Of a DNA stretch of 59,107 nucleotides, positions 55,339 to 59,107 are shown piece after piece. The DNA is from a virus (taxonomy: Duplodnaviria > Caudoviricetes). Position numbers and translations under genes: made by a program. Position 1 is the stretch's first letter, and each line of letters starts with the position of its first letter. Below the pieces are notes generated by a model. It searched no databases and was not told the origin of the DNA. It saw nothing but the letters and a program-made list of their open reading frames with translations. The DNA is taken from positions 1-59,107 of the IMG/VR virus record IMGVR_UViG_3300023184_000140, one strand, 5' to 3'.

Positions 55339-55580
55339 CCTCGTATCACCGCACCTAGCAGGTCACAAGCCATTGCCGAGGTCTCCCGCACTTCTCGGCT
55401 AAAGCTCTCGTTACCTCGCCAGCTCTTGGCTAGCATGTCTGCCTTCTGGGCACAGCGTTCACGCTCGTCCTTGCGTATCTGCTCCATGATGGCGTACACC
55501 CGTGTTGCGTTGATGTCAGCGGACACCGGCGATGCCGAGAAGCAGAGCATGATCTCATGAGCGAAGTCATCATTTGTCAT
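55335..55580 (-). CDS. Hypothetical protein between terS and terL
   Basis: GGAGG RBS, ATG at 55580; DERERCAQKA motif related to the cassette proteins. Confidence 0.65.
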   Translation of the reverse strand: MTNDDFAHEIMLCFSASPVSADINATRVYAIMEQIRKDERERCAQKADMLAKSWRGNESFSREVRETSAMACDLLGAVIRG

Positions 55581-56160
55581 TTGGTCCTCCGGCTTTACCG
55601 AGCAGCTTCTGCATCTGCACCAGCTCGTCGTCAGATAGATTGGTGAGGTCAATAGCAGCCATGGTAATCGGTCCACCGTCCTTGCCTGTGTGCTCCGTGG
55701 TCAGCTTGTCACCGTAGATCTTCGGCAGCACCTTACTGAGCATCCACTTGCGTGTGTCAACACGGAGCCGGTTCCGAGCAATCGCGTCGGACGAGAGGGG
55801 CATAACTATGCTTTTGCGTATGCGGTTGCCGGTGGCGTCCAACATCGGGTTGCCGTCTGCGTCCAGTGCGTCGCATTCGATGAGCGTGTGGTTTTCGTCG
55901 GAGATGGCGACAATTTCTTCCGCCAGCAGTTTGTAGCCGATTTCGCGCGCATGCGCGTATTGCTTGCCAAGCCCGTCAGGGTCTTGATTTATCCAATCCA
56001 AAAACCCCGCAGGGGAAGGCATGCCGGCATCAGAGACCAGAATATTATTCAGACTCCGACCTTTCATAAGCTCCGAGCAAACGTGGTTACCGACAAGCTC
56101 CCTGTCGAACTTTCGTGGAGCACCGTTGGGTTTCTTTGGTTTAATCATCATGTCAGACAT
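55570..56160 (-). CDS. terS: Terminase small subunit (Sf6/P22-like)
   Basis: G.SL..I...GMPS...FLDW...YAHAREIG...RLRVDTRKWMLSKVLPKIYGDK...EHTGKDGGPI. Confidence 0.9.
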   Translation of the reverse strand: MSDMMIKPKKPNGAPRKFDRELVGNHVCSELMKGRSLNNILVSDAGMPSPAGFLDWINQDPDGLGKQYAHAREIGYKLLAEEIVAISDENHTLIECDALDADGNPMLDATGNRIRKSIVMPLSSDAIARNRLRVDTRKWMLSKVLPKIYGDKLTTEHTGKDGGPITMAAIDLTNLSDDELVQMQKLLGKAGGPNDK

Positions 56161-56187
56161 TATAGCTTATCTCCTTAAAAACACCAA

Positions 56188-56382
56188 AAAAGTAATCGTT
56201 CGGTTTAATCGTTCGTTCTATAGAGAACACAGCCGAACGAACGATTACTTTTACTCACTCTGACGAGCTACGGAGAGAGGCTAAATTGCCCTCTCCTCCG
56301 TCCGTCGAGTCGTTTTAGACTGTGATCTACGCCAATCGTTCGGTCGGTTCTTTTTGTCGAACGATTACCCGAACGAACGATC
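56188..56382. repeat. Cluster of AATCGTTCG repeats in inverted orientation around a central hairpin
   Basis: Forward copies at 56194, 56207 and 56334; reverse copies at 56238, 56358 and 56374; 15-bp perfect inverted repeat 56188-56202 / 56238-56252; hairpin at 56271-56300. Confidence 0.8.
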
Positions 56383-56388
56383 ACACGA

Positions 56389-56637
56389 TTAGTTACGTTG
56401 AGACGGAATCCGGTTACGGATTGCCTCTCCCAGTTCTTCAATATTGGTACATTCATCAGCCAATTTAGCACAGGCTTCCCGCTCAATCATAATCGCTGTT
56501 TTTGTTGTTTCGATTGCGACTGCCATAATTTCGGCTTTGGCTACGGTTAGAGCTTCATCAAACTCAGTTTGGGTAAACAGCTTTGCACCCGTACCACGGG
56601 ACATAAATTGTTTTTGGAAGTCAGACATCTCGCTCAT
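56389..56637 (-). CDS. Hypothetical protein (EREACAK motif)
   Basis: 82 aa, GGAG RBS. Confidence 0.75.
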   Translation of the reverse strand: MSEMSDFQKQFMSRGTGAKLFTQTEFDEALTVAKAEIMAVAIETTKTAIMIEREACAKLADECTNIEELGEAIRNRIPSQRN

Positions 56638-56782
56638 TTGTATTATCTCCAGAAAAGATCTAAGTAATCATCGTACGCTGCCCAGCATAGCAGGTATTGC
56701 CAACTACGTTGGGGCATACCCATCTCGTAATAAATTTCAGCAAGGTGCAGGCATAACTCCTTTGTAGGTGGCGGTCTGCTAT

Positions 56783-57205
56783 TCATGTATTCTTCTCCTT
56801 TAGCTTGGCTTGTAGCATACGACCTAAACTATATTTGAAACCTTCATGAGGTTGCGCATAAATCATTAGCATCTCATCATCGGTCAGCTCTTTCCATTTT
56901 TTGCCAATATCAAAATTACTATCTATCTCTTCTTCAAGGTAAGCTTTATTAATATAAATTATTTGCCCTTTAGTAGCGCCTCTTTGCTTTTCCCGAACAG
57001 TGAACCGCGCACGAACTGCGTATTCCTGATCGTGCTCTTCATGCGATTTTGGTAGTGTAGAAATTTCTACATTTGTGCGCATAATAATGTCGCACTCATG
57101 TGTTAAACAGTTAAGCGCTTCATGAACGCCAGTGGCCACTCCACGGGCGTGATCAAGAGTTGGGCATCTAACTAAAAAAGTATTAGGTACTGAGCGCTTA
57201 ATCAT
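56783..57205 (-). CDS. Cassette protein ending KLKEKNT
   Basis: 140 aa; W..LTDDE...KLKEKNT tail. Confidence 0.7.
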   Translation of the reverse strand: MIKRSVPNTFLVRCPTLDHARGVATGVHEALNCLTHECDIIMRTNVEISTLPKSHEEHDQEYAVRARFTVREKQRGATKGQIIYINKAYLEEEIDSNFDIGKKWKELTDDEMLMIYAQPHEGFKYSLGRMLQAKLKEKNT

Positions 57206-57534
57206 GTGTTCTTCTCCTTTAGCTTGTCTTCAATGGCTTGGGCAAAAGGCTTTACACGATACAGAACATCTCCTTTGCTTTGACTCCACGCCGCAGCCGT
57301 TTCTTCTTCCGTCAGCCCTACCCATTCTTTCTTTTGTGGCTCGGTTATTACTTCAGCCATTTCTAAGCATTCTGGAGTTGCTATGGATAGTTCACGATCA
57401 ATCAAATCATCAAGCTGTTTCTTGTAACCTTTAACAGTTACCCATTTACGTGCGCTGACAATATCAATAATTACATTCTCACTTCTATCACGTAACCAGC
57501 GATACCTATTTGCGTCTGCAATTATTTTATCCAC
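57202..57534 (-). CDS. Cassette protein ending KLKEKNT
   Basis: DANRYRWLR N-terminus; EWVGLTEEE...IEDKLKEKNT tail. Confidence 0.75.
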   Translation of the reverse strand: MDKIIADANRYRWLRDRSENVIIDIVSARKWVTVKGYKKQLDDLIDRELSIATPECLEMAEVITEPQKKEWVGLTEEETAAAWSQSKGDVLYRVKPFAQAIEDKLKEKNT

Positions 57535-57724
57535 CGTTCTTCTCCTTATGCGTATTGATCTGCGTTATTGCTTGTGTTGCGCAGGGGTACACTAACTGTC
57601 TTTGGTCTATTGTTAAATCATTTGTGTAACGCAAAGCACGAACAACAGCAGGTGTTAACGCCGTGAACTGTTTAGGGTTTGGCTCGTCTGGGCAAATGGT
57701 GATTGTGTATGGTAATTTAGCCAT
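57527..57724 (-). CDS. Small cassette protein
   Basis: 65 aa ending KEKNGG. Confidence 0.65.
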   Translation of the reverse strand: MAKLPYTITICPDEPNPKQFTALTPAVVRALRYTNDLTIDQRQLVYPCATQAITQINTHKEKNGG

Positions 57725-58343
57725 TGTTCTTCTCCTTTAGTTTGGTTTCAATCGCATTAGAAATGTCGTCAAACTCGTAATGCGCTTGCTCTCGAATTTT
57801 ATCTCGCTCATCATCCGTCAGCCCCACCCATTCGCGCTGCGGTGGGGCGGTGTACAGCGGAACCTTATCCATCTTCACGACTGTCGGCGTTTCCCATTTA
57901 ATAGGCGTTGCCCATTCCAACTTGCGCTCTTCTACGTTGATGTACGCTACTGACTCAGGCTCAGGTTCTTTGTAAATTTTAGTAGGGTCAATGCGCTGAT
58001 CTCCTTGGCTAATCGCCGTGTTGTATCTAATAGCATCTATGAAATTGTCAGGAGGTGTAGGCAATCCTGAGTACAAAGGCCAACCGTCTATTGTTGGTTC
58101 AGACTGCACCATACTTCTCAACGCTTCATTCGTAGCTTTTTGTTCAGCAACAAACTCAGGCTTTGTTACTTGAGAGTCGCCCCAATTGTCGGGGCCATAT
58201 TCTTGAAATTTAAACTGAGCTATTTCAGGTTCGCTTAGTTTAGCGCGAAGGATAACTCGCATACCTACAAACATTTCATTGTCGTAAGCATATTCCAAAG
58301 CATCCAGTATTTTCTGCGCTTCTTCGCGTGTAAGAGTAATCAT
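57717..58343 (-). CDS. Mosaic cassette protein
   Basis: MITLTREEAQKILDALE...PLYTAPPQREWVGLTDDE...IETKLKEKNNG. Confidence 0.75.
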   Translation of the reverse strand: MITLTREEAQKILDALEYAYDNEMFVGMRVILRAKLSEPEIAQFKFQEYGPDNWGDSQVTKPEFVAEQKATNEALRSMVQSEPTIDGWPLYSGLPTPPDNFIDAIRYNTAISQGDQRIDPTKIYKEPEPESVAYINVEERKLEWATPIKWETPTVVKMDKVPLYTAPPQREWVGLTDDERDKIREQAHYEFDDISNAIETKLKEKNNG

Positions 58344-58516
58344 AGTTTCTCTCCATTCTCTTCAGAGAAGCGAACAGCGTTCTTCAAGTGCCTGTCTTGT
58401 ATTTGCTTGGCAATCTTAAAGTCTGCAATCAGATCTTCTAAATCTTTGATGGTGTACATGCCCTCTTCCAAGTAAAAACTAGCCATCTCATGTGTTGTGT
58501 GTTCGTACTCGCTCAT
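58340..58516 (-). CDS. Small cassette protein ending EENGEKL
   Basis: AAGGAG RBS; ATG at 58516. Confidence 0.65.
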   Translation of the reverse strand: MSEYEHTTHEMASFYLEEGMYTIKDLEDLIADFKIAKQIQDRHLKNAVRFSEENGEKL

Positions 58517-58701
58517 GGCTTCTCCTTTATCCACGCAGCAACCTTGTAGTACCCATCGGGAGTAATTTCATCTTCAGCTAGTCTGGCGCGAATAGCATCA
58601 ACACATTCTTGATCGGCTAAAGACCAACCATGTCCTGAAGATTCTTTTTCCCATGCTAATAAACAATTCAACGCCATCTTAAATAATTCGCGGTCAGTCA
58701 T
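58513..58701 (-). CDS. Small hypothetical protein
   Basis: MTDRELFKMAL...AIRARLA; coupled to neighbours. Confidence 0.7.
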   Translation of the reverse strand: MTDRELFKMALNCLLAWEKESSGHGWSLADQECVDAIRARLAEDEITPDGYYKVAAWIKEKP

Positions 58702-58928
58702 AGTTCCTCCCCATTCTTTTCAGCTGCTTTGTTTAAGTTGTACAACGCCTCTTGTCCTGCACCTTTGAAGTACATTGGGACAAAGTCTTTTGCATCAATC
58801 CAACCTTGTCTTCCATCATCCATCAGCTCCACAAGAATACGATCACCTTTAATCTCAATAATCTTGCAGTCGTTAGCAGGCGTAGTGCCGCCAAACCACC
58901 CTGTGTACCCAACTACTACGCCTTTCAT
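58698..58928 (-). CDS. Small cassette protein ending AEKNGEEL
   Basis: 76 aa with an SH3-like core; tail shared with 81..275. Confidence 0.7.
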   Translation of the reverse strand: MKGVVVGYTGWFGGTTPANDCKIIEIKGDRILVELMDDGRQGWIDAKDFVPMYFKGAGQEALYNLNKAAEKNGEEL

Positions 58929-59107
58929 TCTTGCCCCCTTGCGCGTATGGCTTTAGCATATTCAACGCGGTCATCTAAACTCCAATGTGCGTTTTCACAC
59001 ACCTTCGCACACGCTTCGCGCTCTTCTGCTGCGATTAATTCGGCAAATTGTTTAAGCTCTTTAATTGTTTTTTCCCAGCCTTCTACACTCCAACCATTGG
59101 CTTTTTT
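58925..59107 (-). CDS. Partial ORF, alternative C-terminal allele of 256..510
   Basis: KKANGWSVEG...EREAC then AKVCENAHWSLDDRVEYAKAIRARGQE; truncated by the window end. Confidence 0.7.
   Translation of the reverse strand, partial: KKANGWSVEGWEKTIKELKQFAELIAAEEREACAKVCENAHWSLDDRVEYAKAIRARGQE
59009..59107 (+). repeat. 99-bp direct repeat, copy 2 (identical to 382-480)
   Basis: Direct sequence comparison. Confidence 0.95.

Larger units (their letters stand above)
1..59107. other. Tailed dsDNA bacteriophage genome (podovirus-like), near-complete, probably lytic
   Basis: Terminase, portal, scaffold, capsid, adaptor, nozzle, ejection proteins, endolysin, DNA polymerase and primase are all present. 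No bacterial housekeeping genes and no integrase seen. The end repeats an internal segment. Confidence 0.95.

Noticed and set aside
53635-56263. Many overlapping ORFs opposite terL and terS
   Set aside because: Antisense ORFs are expected in this GC-richer stretch; they show no recognisable motifs.
1-59107. Alternative genetic code, tRNA genes, introns or inteins
   Set aside because: Long ORFs tile the genome under the standard code with all three stop codons used; no cloverleaf or interrupted core gene was recognised by eye.

Overview
The window is a complete or near-complete ~59-kb genome of a tailed dsDNA bacteriophage with podovirus-type organisation: P22/T7-like portal, adaptor, nozzle and ejection proteins, no tail tube or sheath, and no integrase. 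The last 99 bp duplicate positions 382-480, so the contig closes on itself and bases 1-381 look like an alternative branch. Layout: (i) a leftward arm (6327 to 1) with an SF2 helicase, a primase-polymerase/helicase, a secreted DUF4384-like protein paired with an LPP20-like lipoprotein, and an HTH protein; (ii) a rightward arm (6511-18973) with small early genes, a thymidine-hypermodification cluster (PLP enzyme, amino-acid:DNA transferase, P-loop kinase, aGPT-Pplase1, dUMP hydroxymethylase, HD phosphohydrolase, DUF3310 protein), a family B DNA polymerase and recombination genes; (iii) a long leftward late region (56160 to 19005) with terminase, a 1124-aa PcfJ-domain protein, portal, GroES, scaffold, capsid, tail fibres, glycine-rich adhesins, a 2OG-Fe(II) oxygenase, a Dps-like protein, lysis genes and ejection proteins; (iv) a variable array of small cassette-like genes at the ends. 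The strongest candidates for new biology are the hypermodification pathway, which lacks the radical-SAM or FAD/acetyltransferase steps of known pathways, and a shared [FYML]-x-x-G-G motif that segments several virion proteins, including a putative beta-barrel ending in a BAM-signal-like YRYGF. Several repeated regulatory DNA/RNA elements are also visible. All family assignments come from motif recognition by eye; no database search was run.
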